A stretch of 64,000 nt of DNA from an uncultured Planctomycetia bacterium. GTDB taxonomy: Bacteria; Omnitrophota; Gorgyraeia; VGKH01; JBHPFN01. The translations under genes were made by a program, and so were the position numbers. Shown piece after piece: positions 37,513-47,957 of the stretch. Positions within the stretch are counted from its first letter, which is position 1. Each line of letters opens with the position of its first letter. The notes under the pieces were generated by a model. The model saw only the letters and a program-made list of their open reading frames with translations, made no database searches and had not been told where the DNA came from. The DNA lies in assembly GCA_964406665.1 (NCBI GenBank), contig CAYOSQ010000007.1, positions 11,364-75,363 of the forward strand. Direction: 5' to 3'.

Positions 37513-38922
37513 CTATTTTCTCAAAAAAACTTCGAGGGCACGATTGGCGAAAGTCTTGAAAGACTCAGGGATAAACTGCCGTATTGCTGTCAAATAAACA
37601 AAACAGCTATCAAAAAAAAGCACAAAAAGCGCTTTAGGGAAGCTAGTTTTTCTTAATACTTTAAATCTAAAAGTAATCTTTTCCCAATAAATTATTGCAG
37701 AAGAAATCTGTGGATACTTAAGCAACGAAGAAAACTGATGAGAATACGGCAAAATTTTACTATCCAGCCATTGATTATCTATGCATAGTTTATACAAGGC
37801 TGTGCCAGGATAGGGCTGGAAAATAGAAACCTGTAAAAAATTTGGCCCTACCTCCCTGTTTAAATCAATTGTCTCCTTTATCTCAGCTGTAGTCTCATAT
37901 GGCAGACCGACAATATTATAAGAATATGTCGGTAATCCTACATCGTGGCAGGTTTTAAATGCATTTTTTATCTGCTTATTAGAAACGTTCCTATTTAAAA
38001 CCTCTTTTCTGATTTTCTCAGAGCCACTCTCTATTCCTATGCAAACATTGGTACATCCGCTTCCCTTCAAATATTCACAAAGCTTAGGCGTAACCATTTC
38101 TGTTCTTGTGCTACATGAGTAAGTAAGATTAAAATCCTTGGGCAATTGCTGGCTGAACTCTTTAACCCAATTAATCGGAATAGCAAAAAGATCATCATGA
38201 AAAAACAACCTCTTGATTCCATACTTTTCTTTAAGCTCTTTAATTTCCTTAATTACATTTTTAACTGAACGCTTACGTATTAATTTACCTTTATCCTCAT
38301 ACAACTTGTGAAGATAAGAATTAATACAATAAGAACAATCATATGGGCAACCTCGCGAAGACATAATGTCCGCACCGCCGTTCCTCGATTTTATGTAACG
38401 CTCAATCTGAAAAATCTCTCTATCAGGAAATGGAATTGAATCAAGATCTGCAATAGGTGCATCTGCATCGTTGCGAATTATCTTCCCATTATCTTTTAAC
38501 CACAAGCCCTTTATATCAACAATCTGTTTTTTAGACTCAAGCCTATTACACAGCTCCAGCAAAGGCTTCTCCCCTTCTCCGATACAAACAATATCAACTG
38601 ACTTCTTAGCGATTACGCTTTCTGGCGCAACAGTTGGATGAACTCCACCAAAGATTATTTTTACCTCATTACCGAATTTATGCTTGATTTTCTCAGCAAT
38701 TTTTATTGAACGGTTAAATTCCCCCGTCCGCACTGAAAAAGCAACTATTTGAGGCTGAAACTTATCGATCTCCCTAATGGCAGTCTGAGAATTTCCTCCC
38801 CAGGTATAATCAACCAAGGCAGTTTTATGACCAGAATTCTTAATATATGCAGAAAGATATGCGATACCTAAAGAAATATTTTCCTGCCGCATAAAATTAG
38901 GATAAACAAATAATACCTTCAT
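37513..38922 (-). CDS. Cobalamin-binding radical SAM protein (class B type)
   Basis: LGIAYLSA, GGVHPT, GEGE, SRGCPYDCSYC, GIESGS and PYPGT. Confidence 0.92.
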   Translation of the reverse strand: MKVLFVYPNFMRQENISLGIAYLSAYIKNSGHKTALVDYTWGGNSQTAIREIDKFQPQIVAFSVRTGEFNRSIKIAEKIKHKFGNEVKIIFGGVHPTVAPESVIAKKSVDIVCIGEGEKPLLELCNRLESKKQIVDIKGLWLKDNGKIIRNDADAPIADLDSIPFPDREIFQIERYIKSRNGGADIMSSRGCPYDCSYCINSYLHKLYEDKGKLIRKRSVKNVIKEIKELKEKYGIKRLFFHDDLFAIPINWVKEFSQQLPKDFNLTYSCSTRTEMVTPKLCEYLKGSGCTNVCIGIESGSEKIRKEVLNRNVSNKQIKNAFKTCHDVGLPTYSYNIVGLPYETTAEIKETIDLNREVGPNFLQVSIFQPYPGTALYKLCIDNQWLDSKILPYSHQFSSLLKYPQISSAIIYWEKITFRFKVLRKTSFPKALFVLFFDSCFVYLTAIRQFIPESFKTFANRALEVFLRK

Positions 38923-39054
38923 AATTTCAAAAGTACCTTTCAATGAAATAGTTACAGGTATATTGTATAGCTCTGTAAGAAAAATATCAAGCTAAGCTAC
39001 GATTATCTATTTTTTTGTTGCCAGCTTAACATTTATAGTATATGATTTGATAAT

Positions 39055-41142
39055 ATGATTATATCGCTTGCAGTATTTTTAGTTATTATCATCGGCCTTG
39101 GTTCTATAGCAAGAATTGCTGGCTGGTCCAAAGAAGATGCCCTTGAGAAATTTTTTATTACTTCTGGAATTGGATTACTTGCGATTCCTGTTGTAGGAGT
39201 CATATTCAACCTTCTAGGCATACCGATTGATTTCAAAAATTTTATCTATCTTGCTTTAACAATCCTTATCTTCTCTGTAATAATAGAGTTAATCCGCAAA
39301 TCTTCCAGATCCAGCATAAAAAATCTTATAAAAGAATTAATCTCCCTTCCCAATATTGCGCTATTAGTTATTTTTGGTATAGCCCTTTATATGTATTTAA
39401 AAGGAAGTTTTTCATATGAATGGTTTGAAGATTATGATCCCTGGCTTTATGCAGCCTCTACGAAATTCATTGCGCTTGAGAAAACTTTTAATTCTTCATT
39501 CTGGTCTCGAGTTTCCCAGCCGTATCCTCAGGGATTCCAAATCATCTTGGCAATTTTGCATCAGACCAATTCCAGCTTAAGCTGGACAATGAAATTTTTT
39601 AACGCAATAATTGTCTCCCTAAGCTACCCTATGTTTTATTATCTTTCTAAAAAACTAGTTCCGGGAAAATGGCCTTCCATAATCGGCACTGCTGCCCTTT
39701 TGTCTATGCCTGCTTGGTTAACTCATTTTATTTTCCCTTTCAGCCTTAGCATGACATCAATCCCGATTTTCTTTTATGCGCTTATTAAAAGTGAAGAAAA
39801 CAATAAATGGTTTACAATTGCACTCATTTCATTTATATCCATATGGTTCATTCACTTTTATTCAAGCTTTGTTATAACAATTATGTTATTTCTTTACTGG
39901 TTAAATAAATCGTTCTGTGAAAATAAATTTAATAAATCTATAATCTGGTTAACAATTTCAGGGATGGTTGTAAGTCTCTCAATTTTCTGGCTGCCTTCTC
40001 TTTATAAATTTAAGGATGAAATTCTCATAGATCAAAAAGTTCCTGCAGGATTACACGTATTTATCAATCCCATTAAATCGCTTATTGAAACCGGATACTG
40101 GATTAATGTTTTATCATTTATTTTATTTTTTATAATTATCATCTCAACACAAAAATTCTGGAGACGCGCCCTGAGCAGAATTACTTCTAAGTTTAATTTT
40201 AAATATACTAAAGCAACAATCTTTACAATTGCAATATCTTTAACAATGGTTGTGTTGTTGTGGCCGAAAAAGTTCATGCGCGTGCTTGGTTCAGGATCCA
40301 TGCCATATACCCTTGAACATTTTCTTTCTCTGAATACCGAACGCAACCTTATCCAAAATCCGTTTGGAATAGGAGCTGTTTCAATGGCTCTAGCTGCAGT
40401 TGGCTTTATTTACTGTATTGTCATAATAGCCAAGCTATTCTCGAAAGAAAAACAATTCACTGCACTAATATTTGTTTGGAGTATCTTTACTTTTTTAGGC
40501 GTAAGCAGTGCGAGATTTTCCTTAAACCTTATGCCTTTTAGAATGTGGTCATTCTTCGCGTTTTCTGTAGCTCTGCTTGTAGCTTTATGTTATAATCTAA
40601 TAACCAACAAAATAAAACAGCCGATACTGAAAATTTGCCTAACTGTTCTTTTGATAATTGGGTTTTCCTTCACATGGTTTCCTATAAAATACAAGCTAAA
40701 CAGCAATAGATGGAAAGAAGGTTGGCTAACCACCATTCAAGCTATTAATCTATATGTTTGGGTAGGTGAAAACTTACCCAAAAATTCCAAGGTGTACTCA
40801 CTGGGAACAAACCAATGTGTCCCCATAGTCTTTGATATGATTTCTTACCCTTGGGATTACGAAGTAAAAAATTATATAAATAAAGATATTGAGAATTCGC
40901 CATCGGATAATTATGAATTTCTTAAAGCCAAAGGCTATGAATACGTTATCGTTGATGTTTCTAGCTCCTTGTATCATTTTAACTACACTCATTACGAGCT
41001 TCCTGAAGGTGTAAAAAACGTACTCTTTATCAAAAATCTAAAATTGCTAAACTTCAAAAAAGCAATTATGCGACAGATGGATAATAAATTTGAACTCATC
41101 AAAGAATTCGGCGATACCGGAGCAATTTTTAAAATACTATAA
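39055..41142 (+). CDS. Large polytopic membrane protein, GT-C-like fold
   Basis: Many TM segments; acidic EDYDPW motif in an early external loop, YPQGF and HFYS; soluble C-terminal domain. Confidence 0.55.
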   Translation: MIISLAVFLVIIIGLGSIARIAGWSKEDALEKFFITSGIGLLAIPVVGVIFNLLGIPIDFKNFIYLALTILIFSVIIELIRKSSRSSIKNLIKELISLPNIALLVIFGIALYMYLKGSFSYEWFEDYDPWLYAASTKFIALEKTFNSSFWSRVSQPYPQGFQIILAILHQTNSSLSWTMKFFNAIIVSLSYPMFYYLSKKLVPGKWPSIIGTAALLSMPAWLTHFIFPFSLSMTSIPIFFYALIKSEENNKWFTIALISFISIWFIHFYSSFVITIMLFLYWLNKSFCENKFNKSIIWLTISGMVVSLSIFWLPSLYKFKDEILIDQKVPAGLHVFINPIKSLIETGYWINVLSFILFFIIIISTQKFWRRALSRITSKFNFKYTKATIFTIAISLTMVVLLWPKKFMRVLGSGSMPYTLEHFLSLNTERNLIQNPFGIGAVSMALAAVGFIYCIVIIAKLFSKEKQFTALIFVWSIFTFLGVSSARFSLNLMPFRMWSFFAFSVALLVALCYNLITNKIKQPILKICLTVLLIIGFSFTWFPIKYKLNSNRWKEGWLTTIQAINLYVWVGENLPKNSKVYSLGTNQCVPIVFDMISYPWDYEVKNYINKDIENSPSDNYEFLKAKGYEYVIVDVSSSLYHFNYTHYELPEGVKNVLFIKNLKLLNFKKAIMRQMDNKFELIKEFGDTGAIFKIL

Positions 41143-41144
41143 AA

Positions 41145-42008
41145 ATGCCCAAAGTTAGCATTATTCTCCCAGCATTCAACGAAGAAAAATCAATAGGACC
41201 GCTTATCCGTCAAATCCAAACAATTATTAAAGAGGATTATGAAATTTTAGTTGTTGATGACGGCTCTACTGATAAAACTTTCTCGCAGGCACAAAAAGCA
41301 GGTGCTCGAGTACTTAAACACCCTTACCAACTAGGTAATGGCGCTGCAGTAAAAACCGGCATGAGAAATGCCGTTGGGGACATTTTCCTTCTTTTGGATG
41401 CAGATGGCCAGCACGATCCCAAATACATACCAGAAATTCTAAGCTTGATGGAAGAATACGACATGGTTGTAACTGCTCGCACAAAATGGACTGATGCTCC
41501 CTTGCATCGTAAATTTGCAAATGTAATTTATAATGCCCTTGCTTCTTATTTATCAAAGACTAAGATTCTTGATCTAACGTCTGGATTCAGGGCTATAAAA
41601 GCAAAAATTGCTAGAAATTTTATTTATTTACTGCCGAATACATTTTCTTATCCCTCCACTCTTACTATGGCTATATGCAAAACCGGCCATAGCTTGACTT
41701 ATGTTCCGGCAAAGCTAAAACCGAGAATCGGAAAAAGTAAAATAAACCTAATTTCCGACGGCGTTAGATTTATATTAATAATAATGAAGATTGCAACTCT
41801 CTTTAATCCCATGAGAATATTCTTCCCAACTAGCCTTGCTATTTCTGCCATGGGAATAGGCCATGCTGCCTATAAAATATTCGTACGCCACGAGCAATAT
41901 ACCGGCCTTTCTTTATTGTTTATTACTACTGGTATTATGGTATTTCTCTTAGGGCTTATTGCAGAACAAATTACTCAGCTTCGCCTTGAAAGAAGCGAAG
42001 GTAACTAA
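41145..42008 (+). CDS. GT2 polyprenyl-phosphate glycosyltransferase with C-terminal TM helices
   Basis: PAFNEE, VDDGSTD, G.GAA, DADGQHDP, DLTSGFRA and LGLIAEQI. Confidence 0.9.
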   Translation: MPKVSIILPAFNEEKSIGPLIRQIQTIIKEDYEILVVDDGSTDKTFSQAQKAGARVLKHPYQLGNGAAVKTGMRNAVGDIFLLLDADGQHDPKYIPEILSLMEEYDMVVTARTKWTDAPLHRKFANVIYNALASYLSKTKILDLTSGFRAIKAKIARNFIYLLPNTFSYPSTLTMAICKTGHSLTYVPAKLKPRIGKSKINLISDGVRFILIIMKIATLFNPMRIFFPTSLAISAMGIGHAAYKIFVRHEQYTGLSLLFITTGIMVFLLGLIAEQITQLRLERSEGN

Positions 42009-42030
42009 ACTATCCTCATTCACCCTTAAC

Positions 42031-43128
42031 ATGATCCACGTTTTTATTGGAACAAAAGCTCAATTCATAAAAGTAGCGCCAATTCTAAAAGAACTAGATA
42101 ACCGCACTATTTCCTACAGATTAATCGACAGTTGCCAGCATAGTGATATCACAAAAGATCTAAGAAAAATATTCTCGATAAAAAATCCGGATGCATTTTT
42201 AGATGAAAAATTTACTAACATAAATTCTCTTCCTAAAGCTTTTCTCTGGGTTTCGAAAATAATCTTTAGAATTATTTTTTTAAAAAATAAGCTCAGAAAC
42301 AGTCTCTTTGGGGAAAATCCTTACGGTGTATGTTTAATTCACGGAGACACTCTCTCTACTCTTTTAGGTTTAATCATTGCTAAATCCTGCGGATTAAAGG
42401 TTGCTCACCTTGAAGCGGGGTTAAGAAGCTTTGACCTTTTTAACCCTTTTCCTGAAGAAATCATCAGGATCATTTGCATGAAGTTTGCTGACTACCTTTT
42501 TACCCCCTCACAATGGGCAGAAGATAACTTAATCAAAATGAATATAAGAGGAGAAATATTTAATGTAGGAGAAAACACAATTATTGATTCTATGGGGCTT
42601 ATGCTACCGCAAAAAAAGGATTTTAAATTTTCTGATATGAAGCCATATGCGATTATGAGTATTCATCGATTCGAAAACATTTATTCTTCTAAAAGACTTA
42701 AGCTTATCATCAATCTTGCACTTCAAATTTCTAATAAGTTAAATTTATTTTTTATTATGCATCAACCCACACAAAAAAAATTAGAGCGCTCAGGAGCTAT
42801 AAATCGCATAAAAAAAGAAAAGATCTATAATTATCCACTGACAAGCTATGATAATTTTATACTCATCCTAAAAAATGCTGAATTTATTATTACGGATGGC
42901 GGAAGCATCCAAGAAGAAAGCTATGCCCTTGATATCCCCTGTTTGTTAATGAGAAAAAAGACAGAGCGACAAGATGGTATTAGCGAAAATGTATGTCTTT
43001 CTAAATTCGATTCAAAAATAATTGATAATTTTTTAAAAGATTATAAAAGTTTTAGGAGTTTAAAATCTCAAAACGATGAAAGTCCTTCGAAAAAAATCGT
43101 AGATATAATTAGCGGCTTTCCTTCTTAA
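42031..43128 (+). CDS. wecB: UDP-N-acetylglucosamine 2-epimerase (non-hydrolysing)
   Basis: GTKAQFIK, HGDT, HLEAGLRS, PFPEE, TDGGSIQEE and TERQDG; start at ATG 42031. Confidence 0.9.
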   Translation: MIHVFIGTKAQFIKVAPILKELDNRTISYRLIDSCQHSDITKDLRKIFSIKNPDAFLDEKFTNINSLPKAFLWVSKIIFRIIFLKNKLRNSLFGENPYGVCLIHGDTLSTLLGLIIAKSCGLKVAHLEAGLRSFDLFNPFPEEIIRIICMKFADYLFTPSQWAEDNLIKMNIRGEIFNVGENTIIDSMGLMLPQKKDFKFSDMKPYAIMSIHRFENIYSSKRLKLIINLALQISNKLNLFFIMHQPTQKKLERSGAINRIKKEKIYNYPLTSYDNFILILKNAEFIITDGGSIQEESYALDIPCLLMRKKTERQDGISENVCLSKFDSKIIDNFLKDYKSFRSLKSQNDESPSKKIVDIISGFPS

Positions 43129-44116
43129 AACTAAAAGACTTAAAATTATCTAACCAGCCTTTTAAAATTCCTAGATAAAACATAATCAGATATTTCCATA
43201 ACAAAGGCGTAACAATCAGAATGTCTTTCTTTTTTTCTATTATGGAAAAGACTGCAAAAAAATAAATTAATAAAAAAGCTAAAAATGCCGAGGCAAGATA
43301 CATAGGTTGCCCAAAAGCTGCATAGGCGATAAAAAATAATATAGTAACAGGCAAAAGCGCAGCTATGCGGTAAAGCATATTACGCTTAATATAAAAATCA
43401 AAAAATGTTACACCCCTTTTTAAAACCCAGGATGAGAGCTCTTTCGAATCTTCGCGTTGAGAATAATGAATTTTTATATTTCTATGCTTAAGTATTTTAA
43501 TATTCTCGCGAAAAACGATATTTTCTATCAAGGCTATATCATCATTGGTGTTTTTAGTAAAAACTTCGGGAATTGATCTGAAAAATAAATCTTTTTCTAT
43601 AAAAAGGCATGTTGTTCCTTTGGGGATTCTACGAAAATTATTTTTAGTAATAAACACTTGTCCTTCCTTTTCATTAAGAGGAAAATACGGATAATAGTAT
43701 CTTCTTCTTATTAAAAAGAATAGCCGCTCAGTAGGAGTCATTGTTTTCTCTAATTCCAGCTGCCTACCTGCAATAAGCGGAGAATATCCTAAGCTCCAAT
43801 ACTGCTTTAAAATATCCTCGCTAGCTTCAACTTTTGCATCTATAAATAAAATAGTATTATAACTTGCTTGCTCAGCTCCAGTTTTTCGAGCAATAATTTT
43901 TCCGCAGTTTTTTGTCAAACGGATTATTCTTACAGGATAATTGCTTACAACTTCCGCAGAATTATCTGAAGAGCCATCATCTACAACAATTATCTCATAA
44001 TCATTGCTTAAACTAGCACCGCTAAGCTTAAGCAAGGCATCTAGACATTTTCCAATGAATTTTGATTCATTGTAAATAGGTACTACTATCGATATTCTTT
44101 CATGAGTTGGATTCAT
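43109..44116 (-). CDS. GT2 glycosyltransferase with C-terminal TM helices
   Basis: ISIVVPIYNE, VVDDGSSD, AR..G and FIDA. Confidence 0.85.
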   Translation of the reverse strand: MNPTHERISIVVPIYNESKFIGKCLDALLKLSGASLSNDYEIIVVDDGSSDNSAEVVSNYPVRIIRLTKNCGKIIARKTGAEQASYNTILFIDAKVEASEDILKQYWSLGYSPLIAGRQLELEKTMTPTERLFFLIRRRYYYPYFPLNEKEGQVFITKNNFRRIPKGTTCLFIEKDLFFRSIPEVFTKNTNDDIALIENIVFRENIKILKHRNIKIHYSQREDSKELSSWVLKRGVTFFDFYIKRNMLYRIAALLPVTILFFIAYAAFGQPMYLASAFLAFLLIYFFAVFSIIEKKKDILIVTPLLWKYLIMFYLGILKGWLDNFKSFSFKKESR

Positions 44117-44134
44117 AAGATTAATTTCCTAAAA

Positions 44135-45967
44135 TTATTTTTTTAAAAGCTTTCTATTTATTCTCAAAACATACAGAGCTTTCATCTTTTCATCTATGTA
44201 TCCTGCATACTTTTTGTTTCTATCCAGCTCTTTTAATTGATTTAAATACTTACCTACCTTATCAAAATCTCCCTCCTGCCAATAGAATTCAGTAAGTTGA
44301 AAAACTAATCGAATAGTTGCTTCTCCGTGTGGCAATATCTCAAGCAAATGCTCGAATACGGATATTACCGCTTCCGTGGTATTTTCTACAGGATTATAAT
44401 ACTCAATGGCTGTAAGACCATTAACGTAAATATGTTTAAAATTATCTTCATTAAAATTTTCTTTATTATTTATAATTTCTTTATAAATTCCTTTTGAAGC
44501 AAATGCAAAGAATAATTTTTGATTAGGAATATTAAAACCGGCAAGTTTTCTTGCAGCTAGTATCAAGTTTCGATTACTGGTAGTTAACAGAGGAGAATAT
44601 TTCAATTCTTCATCATTGAAATAAAAGTACTCACCGTGCCAATCCGGAGTGAACCCACCATCAATTAAGGTTTCCATAATCAAAGCATCGCCTCTTTTTA
44701 CGCGCTCTTTTAGAGCAGCGTAGAAATCTCTCCAGGACCTATCCGCTGGGGCCAACTTTCTAGATTCAGCTCTAGCATTAAAAATATTATTCCCAACTAA
44801 TAGCAGCAGGCCTAATGTAATTATAGTCATAAAAGAATTTTTCATCCTTTTACTCTTTACTTTTCTCTCAATAATTTCTAAAAAGTCTTTTAAGCCAATT
44901 ACTACAACAAAAAACATAATAGGAATATAGGTTAGCACGTACCGTGGCTTAAAATCAGCTCCTTTAGTAGCAAGCCCAAACATAAACCAGCAAATAACAG
45001 GATAAATCAACATCACAAGCAATAAAGTCGTCTTTATCTGGGCAGTTTTTTTATCAAAAGAAGCCTCGCGCCTCTGTAATATTGAAGTTAGTAGAATTAC
45101 CGGAACTGCCAGAAATAATAAATATTTATAGTTTCCTATCAAGTCATAAAAAAGAAAATAATTTGAAGCTGAATATTCATTGATCAATCCAGCAGCCCTC
45201 TCCATCCATTGATCAAAGGGATTAAACCAAGCAGTGGATGAATTCTTTATGCGAGAAAAGATAGGATAAAATAATCCCAATGCTGCGAAATAGGGAATAA
45301 TGTCGCAACAGACTCTTTCGTGAATTTTCTGTTTTACAAAAAATAGCCCCAAAAACGCAGAAGTCACTCCAAAAACAAAAAGCATAACTATGGGCTGAAA
45401 ACCAATTGAACAAAGAAGGATAAATTGAGAAATTGTAAAGACTACACCATTCTTTACATTTTTTTCTTTGACAAAAGTATAATAAGAAAAAATAAACAAG
45501 ATAACACAAAAAACTGATACAGAATAAGGTCTTCCCTCAGCAGAATAGCGAATTAGCCAGGGATTAAAACAAATCAGCAAAAAACCAAAGAAAGCTATTA
45601 TTTTTCCGTAGTATTTCAATATGCAGAGAAAAAACAAAAAACAAGTAAAAGCACCAAAGAAAACTGCATGGATGCGAACCCCCATCTCATTTAAACCAAT
45701 AAAAGAGATGCCTATTGCTTCAAGATAATAATCTAAAGGAGGTTGCTGTTGAGATGCCGCCAAATCAATAATATTTGAAGTTATTATTTCTGCGGAAGGA
45801 TTCTGATTTTTAAATGTATCATCAAGCCAAATGCTTCTTGAACAGTACATCGCCTGTCGATCTTCATCCATCCAAATACTTCTAAAGGAAATCTCCCCCA
45901 GCCTTACAATAAAGGCTATAAAAAAAAGTACAACTATTAAAAGAATTAGAGAAAATTTATTATTCAT
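44135..45967 (-). CDS. GT39/GT83 (PMT_2/ArnT-like) GT-C membrane glycosyltransferase, possible C-terminal TPR
   Basis: SIWMDE, QPPL.Y, YSAEGRPYS and PRY; multi-TM. Confidence 0.8.
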   Translation of the reverse strand: MNNKFSLILLIVVLFFIAFIVRLGEISFRSIWMDEDRQAMYCSRSIWLDDTFKNQNPSAEIITSNIIDLAASQQQPPLDYYLEAIGISFIGLNEMGVRIHAVFFGAFTCFLFFLCILKYYGKIIAFFGFLLICFNPWLIRYSAEGRPYSVSVFCVILFIFSYYTFVKEKNVKNGVVFTISQFILLCSIGFQPIVMLFVFGVTSAFLGLFFVKQKIHERVCCDIIPYFAALGLFYPIFSRIKNSSTAWFNPFDQWMERAAGLINEYSASNYFLFYDLIGNYKYLLFLAVPVILLTSILQRREASFDKKTAQIKTTLLLVMLIYPVICWFMFGLATKGADFKPRYVLTYIPIMFFVVVIGLKDFLEIIERKVKSKRMKNSFMTIITLGLLLLVGNNIFNARAESRKLAPADRSWRDFYAALKERVKRGDALIMETLIDGGFTPDWHGEYFYFNDEELKYSPLLTTSNRNLILAARKLAGFNIPNQKLFFAFASKGIYKEIINNKENFNEDNFKHIYVNGLTAIEYYNPVENTTEAVISVFEHLLEILPHGEATIRLVFQLTEFYWQEGDFDKVGKYLNQLKELDRNKKYAGYIDEKMKALYVLRINRKLLKK

Positions 45968-46124
45968 AATAACTAAGAATTACCGATGATGATTTTTTCA
46001 TTTCTGTATTTATTTTACCTTACCGCATATATGTGTCAATCTTATAATCGTTTAAGTTATAACTTGTTAATTTGCTTGTTCTTAAACTAGCCTAATGATA
46101 CAATATCCGAAAAGGAGGCAAAAA

Positions 46125-46649
46125 ATGAAACTATTAAAAATAATAATTGTCATCTCTTTTTGTGCTATTATCTTTCTACCTGCATCAACATTTGCACAAA
46201 AAAAGCAATACAAATTCTTTGACGGTGAAGATTGGACATATATAGATAGGCTAGAAATACCTGGAGAAACTAAGGTAAAAATTAAGGCACTGGTGTTAAG
46301 ACCAATGTATGAAACTACATTTTTGATGGGAAGTCCTGCGGTTGAAACTTCTGGGCCGATCATTGATTTTCTTCCTGATCTAGATAAGTTTTACGAACAC
46401 AAAGAAAACAAACCACTCCCCCTTCTCTTTGCATTAAAAATAATTGAAGCGCAAAGACGTGGAGCCTCAATACCAACAACTCAAAAACTTAGAAGTTCAA
46501 TGATTATTAAGCTAGTTAATGCAGGCGTAATAGATCCTGCCCGCATAAAGAAACTTTATGGAGAAAAAACTACAGAACCACCCCAAGAAAAACCTGGAAA
46601 AGAAGAATCTGAGGAGAAAAAAGGATTTTTCGGATTATTCAACCGGTAG
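46125..46649 (+). CDS. Hypothetical exported protein
   Basis: SD AGGAGG before ATG 46125; signal peptide ending TFA-Q. Confidence 0.7.
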   Translation: MKLLKIIIVISFCAIIFLPASTFAQKKQYKFFDGEDWTYIDRLEIPGETKVKIKALVLRPMYETTFLMGSPAVETSGPIIDFLPDLDKFYEHKENKPLPLLFALKIIEAQRRGASIPTTQKLRSSMIIKLVNAGVIDPARIKKLYGEKTTEPPQEKPGKEESEEKKGFFGLFNR

Positions 46650-46672
46650 GAATTAATAATTTCTGTTTTGGA

Positions 46673-47848
46673 TTACTGACTTCTAATACCGTATTCTTCC
46701 ACAATGAATCTTTTCCATTTATCTTCGAACTTATCAAAGTTGTCCCCAAAAACCTTCTCTAGCGCACTCTCTGCAGACATGCCCATTCCCAGATATTCCA
46801 ATATATTTTTGAGCCCGCTATTTCCAACTCTTTTTACAATAAAATCTACAAGTAGATAAGACTCGATATACATAAGGGTTACCATGTTCATATCTTTCAT
46901 ATGCGAAAAATCCTGAGGTATCTGCCTTATAGGCCTTATACCAAAATGAGAAATATATTTTTTTATTAAATCCCTATCTCTCATTTCTACAAAATCTTCC
47001 GCTTTGCTTGCAATTCCTTCATTAAGCCATAATGGACAGTTACCTTTAGTTATTTCATGCACGAGTGCATGCGCATATTCATGATAAACAATTTTTATAA
47101 CATCCTGATCAGTATACTTAAATTTATTTACAGGAATTCTTAACTTTCCATCAAAAATAGCCATTGTCCAATGAGGCCTTCGATGTAACAATTGGTCATA
47201 ATTATTCTCTGAATACAATATTGCGATAACTTTATTAGCAGGATATTGATCAAGAAACATCCCTACCCTTCCATATCCTTCTTCAAGATATGTTCTAATA
47301 TAGGATAATTTATTTACTGGCAGATCGCTAGAATAAGCTATCACGAAATGCATTGTTTCATATTTACCAAAACTCTTCTCGACCTTCTCTTCGCCGCTTA
47401 CTTTATCTAGAAGTTCCCTTAAACCTTTAAGTTCTGGCTTTAAGGCATAGGCTTTACTTAGATATACTTTTGCCTTTTTCATATCCTGAATCCTATAATA
47501 GGCCTGGCCGATATTGTAAAGAGTAAATGGATTACCTTGGTCAAAATTGAGAGCTTGCTCAAACTTCTCAATTGCCAGCCCTGGATTACCATTATTCATA
47601 AGATAAAATGCATAGTTGTTGTAAGCAATTGAAAGGTTCTTTTTAATATTATTATTGGCAGGACTATAAAGATGGGCAGTCTTTAAATCATTTATTGCAC
47701 CTTGGTAATTATTGTTTCTGAGCTTGTTCAGGCCACTTTCATTATATTTGTAAGCCGCCTCATCTGAGCAAAACGCAAGCTTAACAAACAATAAAAAAGC
47801 TAGTAAAACCATAAAGGGTATGATTCTGCGAAAAGTTTTTTTTGTCAT
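46673..47848 (-). CDS. TPR-containing zinc metallopeptidase (peptidase MA-like)
   Basis: Signal-like N-terminus, TPR repeats, HEYAH and PLWLNEGIA. Confidence 0.85.
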   Translation of the reverse strand: MTKKTFRRIIPFMVLLAFLLFVKLAFCSDEAAYKYNESGLNKLRNNNYQGAINDLKTAHLYSPANNNIKKNLSIAYNNYAFYLMNNGNPGLAIEKFEQALNFDQGNPFTLYNIGQAYYRIQDMKKAKVYLSKAYALKPELKGLRELLDKVSGEEKVEKSFGKYETMHFVIAYSSDLPVNKLSYIRTYLEEGYGRVGMFLDQYPANKVIAILYSENNYDQLLHRRPHWTMAIFDGKLRIPVNKFKYTDQDVIKIVYHEYAHALVHEITKGNCPLWLNEGIASKAEDFVEMRDRDLIKKYISHFGIRPIRQIPQDFSHMKDMNMVTLMYIESYLLVDFIVKRVGNSGLKNILEYLGMGMSAESALEKVFGDNFDKFEDKWKRFIVEEYGIRSQ

Positions 47849-47856
47849 CAACAATC

Positions 47857-47884
47857 ATTATAGGCTTAATTGTATGGCTGTCAA
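47857..47884 (-). promoter_or_regulatory. Putative promoter TTGACA-N16-TATAAT
   Basis: Both hexamers perfect; immediately upstream of the peptidase start. Confidence 0.6.
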
Positions 47885-47926
47885 TAAAACTAACCGTGTT
47901 TTAAATTTTAAAAAGATAAGATGTAA

Positions 47927-47956
47927 TTGACCTATCTATGAACCTAATGGTATAAT
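47927..47956 (+). promoter_or_regulatory. Putative promoter TTGACC-N18-TATAAT (TGn extended -10)
   Basis: Read directly; implies the true start of the next gene may be ATG 47988. Confidence 0.5.
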
Positions 47957-47957
47957 T

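Noticed and set aside
43109-43128. 20-nt 3' overlap of convergent wecB and GT2 genes
   Set aside because: Short convergent overlaps are ordinary in compact genomes.
46053-46064. 12-bp palindrome AAGTTATAACTT in a divergent intergenic region
   Set aside because: Short and AT-rich, so expected by chance; only partial similarity to the 23867 motif.
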